64,000 nucleotides of DNA from the NCBI GenBank assembly GCA_004022145.1, contig RCNU01000008.1. The stretch is one strand, 5' to 3'. This DNA comes from Paecilomyces variotii (lineage: Eukaryota). The translations under genes were made by a program, and so were the position numbers. Below the pieces are notes generated by a model. It was given only the letters and a program-made list of their open reading frames with translations. It did no database searches and was not told the origin of the DNA. Below are positions 63,550 to 64,000 of this stretch, piece after piece (within the stretch, counting starts at the first letter, position 1; the number at the start of each line of letters is the position of its first letter).

Positions 63550-64000
63550 AGACAATGGAACGTGTCTAATCCGGAAGTAATTGGATGGGGGAAAAGCGCT
63601 TTTTCTTTTTTGTTGTTGTCGGAGTATTATCGGTGCGGAGAAGCCTCTTTGAGGCTTCCCCCTTTCTGTATTTTCAACCTGTCCGTTCTACATAGGATTC
63701 TCATGTGGTTGAGCTCTGATTCTCTAATATAGTTCCAAATTCTATTATCATTACTTAATTGGAGAAATTTGTGTCAAGTTCAAAGGTCTAATAATGGAGA
63801 CTTCGAACCGACCACTACTTAAGTCAGACTATGAGATGCTCAAACCCAGGGACTCAGTCCTTAAATGCGGAACCAAAACCACACCGATGACATTAAAACC
63901 ATCAAACTCATACATACATACAGGCATAACAGACATAACAGACATAGATACATAGCTGCCGGACATGGCAAGAGATGACACACGTAAAGGCGTTTTCCCA

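Overview
This is a eukaryotic, intron-containing window from a filamentous ascomycete. Gene content and short GT-AG introns point to Eurotiales (Aspergillus/Paecilomyces/Talaromyces-like); that placement is inference. About 20 protein-coding genes are supported, in order: the 3' part of a TFIIIA-like zinc-finger gene, an ABCC transporter, a Zn2Cys6 transcription factor, a PRISE/SirQ-like reductase, an intronless plant-AMT2-like ammonium transporter, signalling mucin Msb2/MsbA, two uncharacterised proteins, an NRAMP transporter, a divergent CE1 esterase / exopolygalacturonase B pair, a CDF zinc transporter, a LaeA-like methyltransferase, Afg1, Bem1, Thp3-like SAC3/GANP, Vps36 and a Rae1/Gle2-like WD40 gene. 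Five observations stand out. (i) A decayed two-gene island at about 8.6-12.6 kb contains a dynamin-like GTPase whose 5' part carries only C>T/G>A changes in conserved motifs (RIP-like) and a later frameshift. (ii) An intergenic element of about 115 nt at 43.7-43.85 kb can fold into a three-way junction and ends in an oligo-T tract (candidate unannotated ncRNA). (iii) A galacturonate-responsive element lies midway between the divergent esterase and pectinase. (iv) The ammonium transporter looks like a member of the MEP-alpha/AMT2 clade. (v) The nonamer TACGGAGTA is strongly over-represented. I saw no tRNA, rRNA, CRISPR array, intact transposon or Starship recombinase. Exon boundaries were read by eye and gene names come from motif recognition, not database searches.
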